Source: an uncultured Candidatus Rokubacteria bacterium
GTDB taxonomy: Bacteria; Methylomirabilota; Methylomirabilia; Rokubacteriales; CSP1-6
Length of the DNA stretch: 64,000 nt
NCBI GenBank assembly: GCA_963762145.1
Contig: CAVXJS010000011.1
Location: forward strand, 64,001 to 128,000
Direction: 5' to 3'
In this document: in pieces, positions 22,529 to 31,254 of the stretch
Layout: every line of letters begins with the position of its first letter
Numbering within the stretch: the first letter of the stretch is position 1
The notes under the pieces: model-generated
The model's database searches: none
What the model was told of the DNA's origin: nothing
Seen by the model: only the letters and a program-made list of their open reading frames with translations
Translations under genes and position numbers: made by a program

Positions 22529-23872
22529 ATGACGGATTACCTCGACCGGCTCGCCGCGTTCGTCGAGGCGGTGGACGTCGAGCGGCTGACCGATGCCGCG
22601 ATGGGGGGCGCCCGGCTCGTGCTCCTCGACACGATCGGGGCGATGGTGGCGGGCAGCGCGCTGCCCGAGAACCGCCGCCTCGCGGAGGCCATGCACGAGC
22701 GGCGCTCGCGCGCGACCGCCACCCTGCTGGGCCACGGCGGCAAGGCCGACCCGCTGCTCGCGACCTTCGTGAACGCGACCGCCGGAGTGGCGCTCGAGGT
22801 GGACGAGGGGAGCCGCCTGGGCGGCGGGCACCCGGCCATCCACGTGGTCCCGGGCGCGCTCGCGATGGCGGAGGACGTCGGCGCCGACGGCGGCCGGCTG
22901 CTCGCGAGCATCATCGCCGGCTACGAGGTCTGCTCGCGCCTCGGCAGCGCCACGACGCCCCGGCCCAATGTCCACTCCCACGGCACCTGGGGCACCATCG
23001 GCACCGCGGTGGCCGCGGCCAAGCTGGCCGGCCTCGACGCGGCGGGTGTCCGATCGGTGATCAACCTGGCCGCGAGCATGAGCCCGGCCAACACCTGGAC
23101 CACCGCGCTCGAGGGCGTGACGATTCGCAACGCCTATCCGGGACGCTCCGGGCTCGAAGGTCTCCTGGCGGTGGATCTCCATCGCGCGGGGTTCACCGGC
23201 CTGACCGACGCGCCGAGCGACGTGTACGGCACGATCCTGGCCGATCGCTTCGAGCCCGCGCGGGCCCTGGATGGCCTCGGCGGTCCACTGCGGATCGAGC
23301 AGAACTACTTCAAGCTGTACGCCTGCTGCCGCTACAACCACTTCGCGCTCGACGCGCTGCTCGCGATGGCCCGGGCCGAGCGGCTCGAGCCCGCTCAGGT
23401 CGAGCGCGTGATCGTGACCACGATCCCGTTCGGGCCGCGCATGGCCGACCCCGCGCCCGCGTCCATGCTCGGCGCGAAGTTCTCGATCCCCTACGCGGTC
23501 GCGGCCGCGCTCGTGCTCGGCCGGGCCGACGTGGGCGCGTTCGAGGAGCCGGCGCTCGGCGATCCGCGCATCCGCGCCCTCGCCGCCCGGGTGGAGGTGC
23601 GGGTGGACCCGGAGATGTCGCCGCGTCGCTCGGACTATCCGACCGCGCTCGTCGAGCTCGTGCTCACGGATGGTCGCACCCTGTCCGGCTCCACGACCCT
23701 GGTGCGCGGCGACTTCGAGCGGCCCGTCCCGGCCGCCGAGGTGGTCGAGAAGTTCATCGCGCTCACCGCGGGCCCCCTGGGCGCGGATCGGTCGCGCGAG
23801 GTGGCCGCGCTCGTGGAGCGGACCGAGACGCTCAAGGACGTGCGAGACCTCACCGGGCTGCTCGCCCCGTAA
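22529..23872 (+). CDS. MmgE/PrpD family protein
   Basis: LLDTIGA, GGHP, AGYEV, HSHGTWG, YFKLYACCRYNH, AKFSIPY. Confidence 0.9.
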   Translation: MTDYLDRLAAFVEAVDVERLTDAAMGGARLVLLDTIGAMVAGSALPENRRLAEAMHERRSRATATLLGHGGKADPLLATFVNATAGVALEVDEGSRLGGGHPAIHVVPGALAMAEDVGADGGRLLASIIAGYEVCSRLGSATTPRPNVHSHGTWGTIGTAVAAAKLAGLDAAGVRSVINLAASMSPANTWTTALEGVTIRNAYPGRSGLEGLLAVDLHRAGFTGLTDAPSDVYGTILADRFEPARALDGLGGPLRIEQNYFKLYACCRYNHFALDALLAMARAERLEPAQVERVIVTTIPFGPRMADPAPASMLGAKFSIPYAVAAALVLGRADVGAFEEPALGDPRIRALAARVEVRVDPEMSPRRSDYPTALVELVLTDGRTLSGSTTLVRGDFERPVPAAEVVEKFIALTAGPLGADRSREVAALVERTETLKDVRDLTGLLAP

Positions 23873-23893
23873 CCGCGGCAATCGCGCCGGCGT

Positions 23894-24778
23894 ATGGCCA
23901 GGCCGAGCACGGATCCCGCCGCCTCCCTTCGCCACGTGCCGCCGCGGGAGTTCATCGCGGCCCGCAAGGCGCTCGCGGAGCGGCTCAGCCAAAGCGGGCG
24001 GAGTGGCGAGGCGCGCCAGGTCAGCCGCCTCCCGCGACCGAGTCCGGTGGTCTGGGCGCTCAACCAGGCGGCGCTGGGCAAGGCTCGGATGTTGACCGAC
24101 CTGGTCAATGCCGTCGACCGGCTCCGTCGGGCCCAGCTCGGACAGGGAGATCCGCGAGCCGCCACGGCCGCCTACCGGACCGTCTTCGACGCGGTGATGG
24201 AGGCGGCTCGGGGGGTGCTGCGAGAGCAGGGGATGAAGGCGTCGCCGGCGGTGGAGCGCCGGCTGCGCAGCTCATTGCTGACGGCGGTCACCGATCGCCG
24301 ACTCCGGGGAGAGCTGGCCGCGGGACGGCTGGCCGTCGAATCCGTCGAGCCGGGATTCTCGGTTCTCTCCGGGGGGCCGATCCCGGCCGAGTTTCTGAAA
24401 CCGTCGGCCACCGGCCGGCCGGCTTCTCGTCCCGCGCCGCTCGACCGGGGCGTGGCCAATCGCGGGCGCGCGCGACGGCCGGCGGCCGAGCGGCGGGCCC
24501 GGAAGCAGGCGGCGGCGGCGGCGCGCCGGGCGGCGAGGGACGCCGCGCGGGCCGCGCAGCGGGCCGCGCGGGAGGCGACCCGCGCCGTGACCGCGCTGGA
24601 CCGCGCCGCCCGCGGAAAGGAGCGCGCCGCGCAGGCCGCCGCGGCGCGCGTCGAAGCCCTGCGCACGACGCTCCGGGAGCGGGAAGCGCGGAGCGCGGCG
24701 CTGCGCACCGCCGCCGCGGCGGCGCGGGCCGACCACGCGCGGGCGGTGGCCGCGGCGCGCCGATCGGAGACTCAGTAG
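23894..24778 (+). CDS. Hypothetical protein with Ala/Arg-rich coiled-coil C-terminus
   Basis: 294-aa ORF filling the gap. N-terminal PPREFIAARKALA...RPSPVVWALNQ looks like a conserved uncharacterised family. Confidence 0.65.
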   Translation: MARPSTDPAASLRHVPPREFIAARKALAERLSQSGRSGEARQVSRLPRPSPVVWALNQAALGKARMLTDLVNAVDRLRRAQLGQGDPRAATAAYRTVFDAVMEAARGVLREQGMKASPAVERRLRSSLLTAVTDRRLRGELAAGRLAVESVEPGFSVLSGGPIPAEFLKPSATGRPASRPAPLDRGVANRGRARRPAAERRARKQAAAAARRAARDAARAAQRAAREATRAVTALDRAARGKERAAQAAAARVEALRTTLREREARSAALRTAAAAARADHARAVAAARRSETQ

Positions 24779-25614
24779 TCCTTCGGGTCCAGCAGATCGC
24801 GCAGGCCGTCGCCCGCGAGGTTGAACGAGAGCGTGAGCGAGAAGATGGCCAGGCCCGGCCACCACGCCATCCACGGGGCCGTCTCCAGGAACTGCTGGGC
24901 GGTGGCGAGCATCGTGCCCCAGCTCGGCGTCGGCGGCTGCACGCCCAGTCCCAGGAAGGACAGGATGGCCTCGGCGATGATGGCGGCGGGGATCGACACG
25001 GTGGCCTGCACGAGCAGCGCGCTCGTGATGTTGGGCAGGACGTGGCGGAGGATCGTGCGCAGGCCGCCCGCGCCGAGGGCCCGGGCGGCCTGCACGTAGT
25101 CCTCCTCCTGGGTGGACAGCACGAGCCCGCGCGTCAGCCGGATGTAGGTCGGCGTGGCCGCCAGCCCGATCGCCACGGTGGCGTTGGTGAGCGAGGCGCC
25201 CATGATGGTCACGAGGCCGATGGCCAGGATGAGGAAGGGGAAGGCCAGCCACGCGTCGGTCAGCCGCATGATGAGCTGGTCGATCGTGCCGCGCTGGGAG
25301 CCGGCCACGAGGCCGGCGGGGACGCCGATCGAGATCGCGAGCAGGATCGAGAAGACGCCGGCCTGCATGGAGACGCGGGTGCCCCACACCACCCGCGAGA
25401 AGGTGTCGCGCCCGAGGTCGTCGGTGCCGAACGGGTTCGCCCCGGTGGGCGCCTTGCGGACCTTGCCGTAGTCGGAGCGCTGCGGGTCGGCGGTCGCGAT
25501 CCAGGGGGCGCCCACCGCGAGGACCACGAAGAAGAGCACGACCATCGCCCCCACCACCGCGGGGGGTCGCCGCCACAGCCGCCGCCAGAGGCGCCCGCGC
25601 GCGCTAGCCGCCAC
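24772..25614 (-). CDS. Peptide/nickel ABC transporter permease (DppC/OppC-like)
   Basis: FGTDDLGRD, EEDYVQAARALGA (EAA motif), RHVLPN, SFLGLGVQPPTPSWG. Confidence 0.95.
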   Translation of the reverse strand: MAASARGRLWRRLWRRPPAVVGAMVVLFFVVLAVGAPWIATADPQRSDYGKVRKAPTGANPFGTDDLGRDTFSRVVWGTRVSMQAGVFSILLAISIGVPAGLVAGSQRGTIDQLIMRLTDAWLAFPFLILAIGLVTIMGASLTNATVAIGLAATPTYIRLTRGLVLSTQEEDYVQAARALGAGGLRTILRHVLPNITSALLVQATVSIPAAIIAEAILSFLGLGVQPPTPSWGTMLATAQQFLETAPWMAWWPGLAIFSLTLSFNLAGDGLRDLLDPKDY

Positions 25615-26566
25615 CGGCCGCCCCTCCGATGCGGATCCGGGGGTTCAGCAGCGAGTAGGAGAGATCCACCAGCAGGTTGATGAAGACGTAGACCGAGGCG
25701 GTGATCAGCACCACGCCCTGCACGAGCGGGTAGTCGCGGGTGAACACCGCCTCCACGATCAGCCGGCCGAAGCCGGGCACCACGAAGATCTGCTCGGTGA
25801 CGACCGCGCCTCCCATGAGGGCGCCCGTCTGCAGGCCCAGGATGGTCACGACCGGGATCAGCCCGTTGCGGAAGGCGTGGCGGAAGATGACCGCGCGGCC
25901 GGCCAGGCCCTTGCTCCACGCGGTGCGGATGTAGTCCGCGCTCAGGATCTCGATCATGCTGTTGCGCGTCTGGCGCATCAGCACCGCGGCGAGCCCGGCG
26001 CCCAGCACGAAGGCGGGCATGATCATGCGCTGGAGGTTGCCCAGGGGGCTCTCCCACAGCGACACGAAGCCGGAGGCGGGCAGCCAGTGCAGGCGCACCG
26101 AGAGGAACAGGATCAGCATGATCCCGAGCCAGAAGCTCGGCACCGAGAGACCGCAGAGCGAGACCGCGTTGGCCAGGAGGTCCCACACCGTGTTGCGGCG
26201 CGCCGCCGAGAAGACCCCGGCCGGGATGGCGATGGTCAGCGCGATCAGGAGGGACAGGCCGGCGAGCTCGATCGTGATCGGGAGCTTGCGCGCGACGGTC
26301 CACACCACGGACTCGCGTGTGCGGATGGACTCCCCGAGATCACCCCGCAGGGCCAGGCCGATCCAGCGCAGGTACTGGAGCGGGATCGGGTCGTCGAGCC
26401 CGTACTTCTGGCGGATCTCGGCGAGCCCGGCCGCGTCGGCGTCGGTGCCGCCCATGACCCGGGCCGGGTCGCCCGGAATCATCCGCACCCCGGTGAAGAC
26501 GATCAGGCTGATCACGAACAGGGTCACGATCGAGATCGCGACCCGCCGGACCAGGAATTCAGCCAC
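25604..26566 (-). CDS. Peptide/nickel ABC transporter permease (DppB/OppB-like)
   Basis: PGDPA, GDLGES, PSFWLG, DYIRTAWSKGL, TEQIFVVPGFG, RDYPLVQG. Confidence 0.95.
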   Translation of the reverse strand: MAEFLVRRVAISIVTLFVISLIVFTGVRMIPGDPARVMGGTDADAAGLAEIRQKYGLDDPIPLQYLRWIGLALRGDLGESIRTRESVVWTVARKLPITIELAGLSLLIALTIAIPAGVFSAARRNTVWDLLANAVSLCGLSVPSFWLGIMLILFLSVRLHWLPASGFVSLWESPLGNLQRMIMPAFVLGAGLAAVLMRQTRNSMIEILSADYIRTAWSKGLAGRAVIFRHAFRNGLIPVVTILGLQTGALMGGAVVTEQIFVVPGFGRLIVEAVFTRDYPLVQGVVLITASVYVFINLLVDLSYSLLNPRIRIGGAAGGG

Positions 26567-26575
26567 CGAGCCGCG

Positions 26576-28129
26576 CTAGTTCCAGGACGCTCCCTTGATG
26601 CGGATCAGCCCGTCCGGCACCGCCTTGTAGCCCTTGAGGTTCTTCGGGTACGCGACGATGTAGTTCGCGTGATACAGGTAGATGATGTTGCGCCGCCCGG
26701 TCGTGATCTTCTCGATCGCGTCGCGGTAGAGCTGGACGCGCTGGCCCTGGTCGCTGACCTCGCGCGCCTTGTTCAGCAGGGAGTCGATCGTCTCGTCGCA
26801 GACGTGTGTCGTGTTCAGGCTGCCGCCGCAGGTGTGGAACTGGTGCATGTTGCCGTCCGGATCCACGCGGCCGCTCCAGCCGATGGAGAAGGCCTGGAGC
26901 TTGCCGTTGTCGTCGTCGGTGAGGGCGGAGGCGAACTCCGACGGGCGCAATGAGATGTTGAAGCCCGCCTCCCGGGCCATGCCCTGGATCACCTCGCCGA
27001 CGCGGCGCGCCTGCGGGTCGTTCACGATCGTGAGCTCGAAGCTGTAGCCGCCCGCGAGGCCCGCCGCGGCGAGGAGCTGCTTGGCCTTCGCCACGTCGCG
27101 CCCGGGACACTTGCGACCCTTGTCGTGGAAGGGGCTCACCGGGGAGATCGGCGTGCAGCCCGGCGTGTACTGGCCGTCCCACGCCACCTGGTTGAGGGCG
27201 TCGCGGTCGATGCTCAGGTCGAAGGCCTCGCGCACCCGGGGGTCGTTGGCCAGCGGCGTGCCCAGATCGCCGGCGGGCTGGGTCTTGCCGGTCTTGTTGC
27301 GCTGGTTGATGGTGATGCCGCTGTAGGCGATACCGGTGACGCTCGAGACGTCGAAGCGCCCCTCCTTCTTCAAGTTCACCGAGTCGGTGGGCGCCACCTG
27401 GTGCATGAAGTCGATGTCCCCCGACCGCAGGTTGGCCACCCGAACGTTGTCGTCGGGGATGATCCGGAACACGAGCCGGTCGAAGCGCGCCTGGCCGGGA
27501 TCGAAGTAATGGGTGGACTTCTCCAGCACGATGCGATCCTGCGGCACGCGCTCCACGAAGGACCACGGGCCCACGCACACCGGCCCGGTCGCGAACTTGT
27601 CGCCGAGCTTGTTCACCGCGGCGGGCGACACGGGCATGCCGGACCGGTCGGCGAGGGTGGCCACCAGCGGGGCGAAGGCGCTCTTGAGCCGGAGCCGCAC
27701 CGTCAGCGGGTCCACCACCTCGACCGCGGTGACCGGGTCGAGCTCGCTGCGCCGGTTGGAGCCCTTCATCTCACGGTGCCGGTCGAGGGAGAACTTGACC
27801 GCCTCCGCGTTCATCGCGGTGCCGTCGTTGAATTTCACCCCGGGGCGCAGCTTGATGGTGACCGTCTTGCCCGCGTCCGAGACGGTGGGCAGCGCGGCGG
27901 CGAGCTGAGGCGAGATGCGGAGGTTCTCGTCGATCTCGAAGAGCTTCTCGCACATGTGCGCGAAGATGATGCGGCCGACGTAGGTGCGTGACAGGGTCGG
28001 GTCCAGGAGATCGGGATCCTGGTTCAGGGCCACGACCAGCGTCTTCTTCTGGGCCGCGGCCGGGGCCGCCGAGACGAGCAGGCCGACCAGCGCGAGCATC
28101 AGCCACGAGACGATTCGCATCCTCCGCAT
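26576..28129 (-). CDS. ABC transporter substrate-binding protein, family 5 (DppA-like)
   Basis: Signal peptide ending AAA-Q, LDP, LRPGVKFNDG, GPW, DPRVREA. SD AGAGGAG. Confidence 0.95.
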   Translation of the reverse strand: MRRMRIVSWLMLALVGLLVSAAPAAAQKKTLVVALNQDPDLLDPTLSRTYVGRIIFAHMCEKLFEIDENLRISPQLAAALPTVSDAGKTVTIKLRPGVKFNDGTAMNAEAVKFSLDRHREMKGSNRRSELDPVTAVEVVDPLTVRLRLKSAFAPLVATLADRSGMPVSPAAVNKLGDKFATGPVCVGPWSFVERVPQDRIVLEKSTHYFDPGQARFDRLVFRIIPDDNVRVANLRSGDIDFMHQVAPTDSVNLKKEGRFDVSSVTGIAYSGITINQRNKTGKTQPAGDLGTPLANDPRVREAFDLSIDRDALNQVAWDGQYTPGCTPISPVSPFHDKGRKCPGRDVAKAKQLLAAAGLAGGYSFELTIVNDPQARRVGEVIQGMAREAGFNISLRPSEFASALTDDDNGKLQAFSIGWSGRVDPDGNMHQFHTCGGSLNTTHVCDETIDSLLNKAREVSDQGQRVQLYRDAIEKITTGRRNIIYLYHANYIVAYPKNLKGYKAVPDGLIRIKGASWN

Positions 28130-28186
28130 AGGTTCTCCTCTCTGGGGGCTGGTACCCTGGGACGCGGAACATAGTATCCTCCCGGC

Positions 28187-28339
28187 ATGAGCGAGACCAC
28201 GAACAAGTTCCAGCAGGCCGAGCTGGCCGACCTCCTCGGCCTGATCGAGCGCCTCGCCGGCGAGCTGTCCCTGGCCGAGGAGCCCGCGCGCTTCATCGCC
28301 GCCCTCGAGCAGACGGAGCCGCCCGGAGCCGCGACCTGA
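28187..28339 (+). CDS. 50-aa small acidic helical protein upstream of amidase (possible GatC/AtzG-like partner)
   Basis: Read directly: MSETTNKFQQAELADLLGLIERLAGELSLAEEPARFIAALEQTEPPGAAT*. GC3-rich codons, TATCCT 6 nt upstream. Too short for the ORF track. Confidence 0.65.
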   Translation: MSETTNKFQQAELADLLGLIERLAGELSLAEEPARFIAALEQTEPPGAAT

Positions 28340-29739
28340 CCGAGTTCCCGACCATCGCCGCGCTCGCCGCCGCGATCGGCGCCGGCAAGATCTCCCCGGT
28401 CGAGGCGACCCGCGAGTGCCTGGCGCGCGTCGAGCGGCTCGACGGCCGGCTGCGGGCGTTCGTCACGGTGGACGCGGAGGGGGCGCTCACGGCCGCCCGG
28501 CGCCGCGAGGCGGCGGGGCGGAGCGAGACCCGCGGCCCGCTCCACGGCGTGCCGCTGGCGTTCAAGGATCTGTGCTTCATCCGCGGGCTCCCTACCTGCT
28601 GCGGCACCCGGACCGCCGAGTATTTCACCGCCGACCAGGATTGCACCGCGGTGGCCCGGCTCGCCGGCGCGGGCGCGGTCACCCTGGGCAAGCTCAACAT
28701 GACCGAGCTGGCCATGGGGGCGCTCGGCGACAACCCGCATCACGGCCACGCCCGCAATCCGTGGAATCTCGAGCGCTGCACGGGCGGCTCGTCGAGCGGG
28801 TCGGGGGTGGCGGTGGCCGCCGGGCTCGCCCTGGGTGCGATCGGCACGGACACCGGCGGATCCATCCGGCTGCCCGCGGCCGCCTGCGGCATCACCGGGC
28901 TCAAGCCGACCTATGGCCGGGTGAGCCGCGCGGGCGGCATGACGCTGTCGTGGTCGAACGATCACCTGGGGCCGATGGCGCGCACCGCGCGGGACTGCGC
29001 GCTCATGCTGCAGGTGATGGCGGGAGCGGATCCGCTGGACGCGACCGCGAGCGCGCAGCCGGTGCCCGACTATCTCGCGGAGCTCGACGCGCCGGTCGCC
29101 GGGCTGCGGGTCGGCGTCCCCGAGAACTTCTTCTTCCAGGGGATCGACGCGGAGATGGAGGCGGGCGTGCGCGCGGCGCTCGCCACCCTCTCGTCCCTCG
29201 GGGCGCGGGTCATCCCGCTGCGCCTGCCCGATCCGCAGGTGACGAACGACGTGACGGGGATCATCTCGCGCAGCGAGTCCTCCGCGCTGCACGCGGGCCT
29301 GCTGCGGGAGAATCCGGACGCGCTGGGCGCCTTCACGCGGGCCCGCCTCGAGCTTGGCCTGCGCGTGCCCGCCTACGACTACCTGCAGGCGCTGCGCCTG
29401 CGCGCGCGCCTGGCCCGCGCGTTCGCGCGCGAGATCTGGCCCGAGGCGGACGTGCTGGCCGCGCCGGTGATCCCGGAGCCCGCGCCCCCGCTGAGCGCGG
29501 CCCTGGACGGGCCGCTCGAGGACATCATCGTGCGCCACGGGCGCTTCTCGCGGTTCACGCGCCCGTTCAACGGTCTCGGCCTGCCCGCGCTGAGTCTGCC
29601 GTGCGGCTTCTCCCGGGCCGGCCTCCCGCTCGCCTTCCAGCTCGTGGGTCGCCCGTTCGACGAGGCTACCGTCCTGCGGGTCGGCCACGCCTACCAGCAG
29701 GCGACCGCCTGGCACACGCACCGGCCGGCCCTGAGCTGA
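28336..29739 (+). CDS. Amidase signature family enzyme (GatA/AtzE-like)
   Basis: AFKDL, GGSSSGSG, GTDTGGSIRLPA. Amidase-like N-terminus (TIAALAAAIGAGKISPVEAT) extends upstream of the track's GTG 28468 to CTG 28336. Confidence 0.88.
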   Translation: MTEFPTIAALAAAIGAGKISPVEATRECLARVERLDGRLRAFVTVDAEGALTAARRREAAGRSETRGPLHGVPLAFKDLCFIRGLPTCCGTRTAEYFTADQDCTAVARLAGAGAVTLGKLNMTELAMGALGDNPHHGHARNPWNLERCTGGSSSGSGVAVAAGLALGAIGTDTGGSIRLPAAACGITGLKPTYGRVSRAGGMTLSWSNDHLGPMARTARDCALMLQVMAGADPLDATASAQPVPDYLAELDAPVAGLRVGVPENFFFQGIDAEMEAGVRAALATLSSLGARVIPLRLPDPQVTNDVTGIISRSESSALHAGLLRENPDALGAFTRARLELGLRVPAYDYLQALRLRARLARAFAREIWPEADVLAAPVIPEPAPPLSAALDGPLEDIIVRHGRFSRFTRPFNGLGLPALSLPCGFSRAGLPLAFQLVGRPFDEATVLRVGHAYQQATAWHTHRPALS

Positions 29740-29752
29740 CCGGACGCTGCGG

Positions 29753-30487
29753 CTAGAGTCCGTGGTAGTCGTAGAAGGCCTCGACCGGAGCCTCGACCTC
29801 GAGGGGCTGGAGCGGGAAGCACCGCTCGAGGCCCTCGGGGCTCGACTGGCGCTCGAGACGCGCCAGGAACTGCCGCGTCGCCGGCGCCTTCATCGCCCCA
29901 TGCCGATCCACGAACTGTCCCCAGAGCGGCATGTGCCGGAATCTCGGGGCCGCCGCGCGCGCGGTGTCCAGGTACGAGATCGGGAACAGCCGACGATACG
30001 CGTCGAGGTTGTAGAGCCACGACACGCCGCGAACCTGGAGCGGCGCGCGCTGGGCTCGCTTCACGTGCGCGAAGAGGGCGGCCAGCTCGGACCGCCGCTC
30101 CCGCACGCGGTCGACGCCCAGCGGGGAGCGGCCGTCCGTCTCGGAGTTCTGGAAGTGCAGGCGGATCTGCGAAGGGGTCGGTCGCGCATAGGAGAAGCAG
30201 CCGAAGGTCGCCACGACCGATAGCGCCGCCATCGCGTCCGGGCGCCTCCGGTAGAAAGCATACGTCCATTCGCGCAGGTCCCCCGCCGCCTCCAGCCCGT
30301 CCAGGTATGTCCGCCAGGTCGGATGCGCGGGATCGAAGCCGTGGCCCAGGCCGAACCGGATGTAGAAGTTGGTGTAGTCGAGCAGTGCTCGGGTGAGGGG
30401 AAGGCTCGAGAGGAGCGCGACCTTCTCGGCGAATCGAAGCTGGAGGTCGAAGAACGCCTTCGGGTAGATCACGCCGCGACCGGACAA
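29753..30487 (-). CDS. Hypothetical protein
   Basis: 244-aa ORF with protein-like aromatic-rich composition (IRLHFQN, SWLYNLDAYRRLFP, LWGQF). No recognised family. Confidence 0.65.
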   Translation of the reverse strand: MSGRGVIYPKAFFDLQLRFAEKVALLSSLPLTRALLDYTNFYIRFGLGHGFDPAHPTWRTYLDGLEAAGDLREWTYAFYRRRPDAMAALSVVATFGCFSYARPTPSQIRLHFQNSETDGRSPLGVDRVRERRSELAALFAHVKRAQRAPLQVRGVSWLYNLDAYRRLFPISYLDTARAAAPRFRHMPLWGQFVDRHGAMKAPATRQFLARLERQSSPEGLERCFPLQPLEVEAPVEAFYDYHGL

Positions 30488-30500
30488 CCCGAGCGCGCGC

Positions 30501-31181
30501 CTACTTCCCGAACACCAGCTGCAGGCGGTAGAACCCGAGGGTGACGTCGTCGGTCGCGCCGCGGCGGGCGATGGCCTCGGCGCCGAGCAGGTCCCGGCAG
30601 GTCCCCTCGACCGCAGCGTGGTCGATGCCCTCGACGAGCACGACCCAGCGCACGAGTGCGTCCGGCGTCGCGAGCAGCTTCTTCTCGTCGCTCTTCGCGG
30701 CGGTGCTCACGCCGGCGTCGCCTTCGAGCAGGTGGCCGGCCACGACGCCGGGATGCTGGGCGGCGGTGGGGAGCGCGGTGCCGGTGAGCCACGCCCGCAG
30801 CTCCTCCTCGTGCCCGGCCCGCGGCCCGAGCTCGAGCGTCGCGATCACGCCGCCCAGGCCGCCGCCCGCGCTCGCCACGAGACGACAGGCGGTGCGCTTG
30901 TTGTTCCGCACCAGCGGCAGGGTCTTCTTCGTCCACGGCGTCGGGTCGCCCAGGCGGGCCAGGTAGGCCGGGCTCTGCAGGGTGTCGAGCGACTCGGTCT
31001 CGTAGAAGTAGAAGTACCGGGGCGGCGCGCCGAGGGTCGCGTAGCGGCGACAGCGGAGAAACCCCGGCACCGCCACCCGCTCCGGGATGTGCTCGCGCAG
31101 GTGCCACTGGTCGAATTCCGCTTCGCCGCCCGGCGCCACGTCGTGCCAGAAGGCCAGGACGCCCTTGCCCGCGATGGTCAT
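30501..31181 (-). CDS. DUF4286/EthD-like dimeric alpha-beta barrel protein
   Basis: ATG 31181: FDQWHLREHIPERVAVPGF...YFYFYE..L.SPAY pattern. Confidence 0.7.
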   Translation of the reverse strand: MTIAGKGVLAFWHDVAPGGEAEFDQWHLREHIPERVAVPGFLRCRRYATLGAPPRYFYFYETESLDTLQSPAYLARLGDPTPWTKKTLPLVRNNKRTACRLVASAGGGLGGVIATLELGPRAGHEEELRAWLTGTALPTAAQHPGVVAGHLLEGDAGVSTAAKSDEKKLLATPDALVRWVVLVEGIDHAAVEGTCRDLLGAEAIARRGATDDVTLGFYRLQLVFGK

Positions 31182-31188
31182 GGCGCCG

Positions 31189-31217
31189 ACGGTAGCGGCC
31201 CGAAGGCCCCCCGTCAA
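31189..31217 (-). promoter_or_regulatory. Sigma70-type promoter TTGACG-17-TACCGT, 7 nt before ATG 31181 (leaderless)
   Basis: -35 at 31217-31212, -10 at 31194-31189, 17-nt spacer. Confidence 0.55.
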
Positions 31218-31254
31218 GGGTCCGGCGCGCTCACAGTGCGCTAAACTGGGCGGC

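Noticed and set aside
24480-24770. GCG/GCC-rich low-complexity stretch
   Set aside because: Encodes an Ala/Arg-rich helix and is not a DNA tandem repeat array
24772-28129. dpp-type ABC operon lacking ATPase genes
   Set aside because: Common; ATPases are often shared from other loci. Not evidence of novelty
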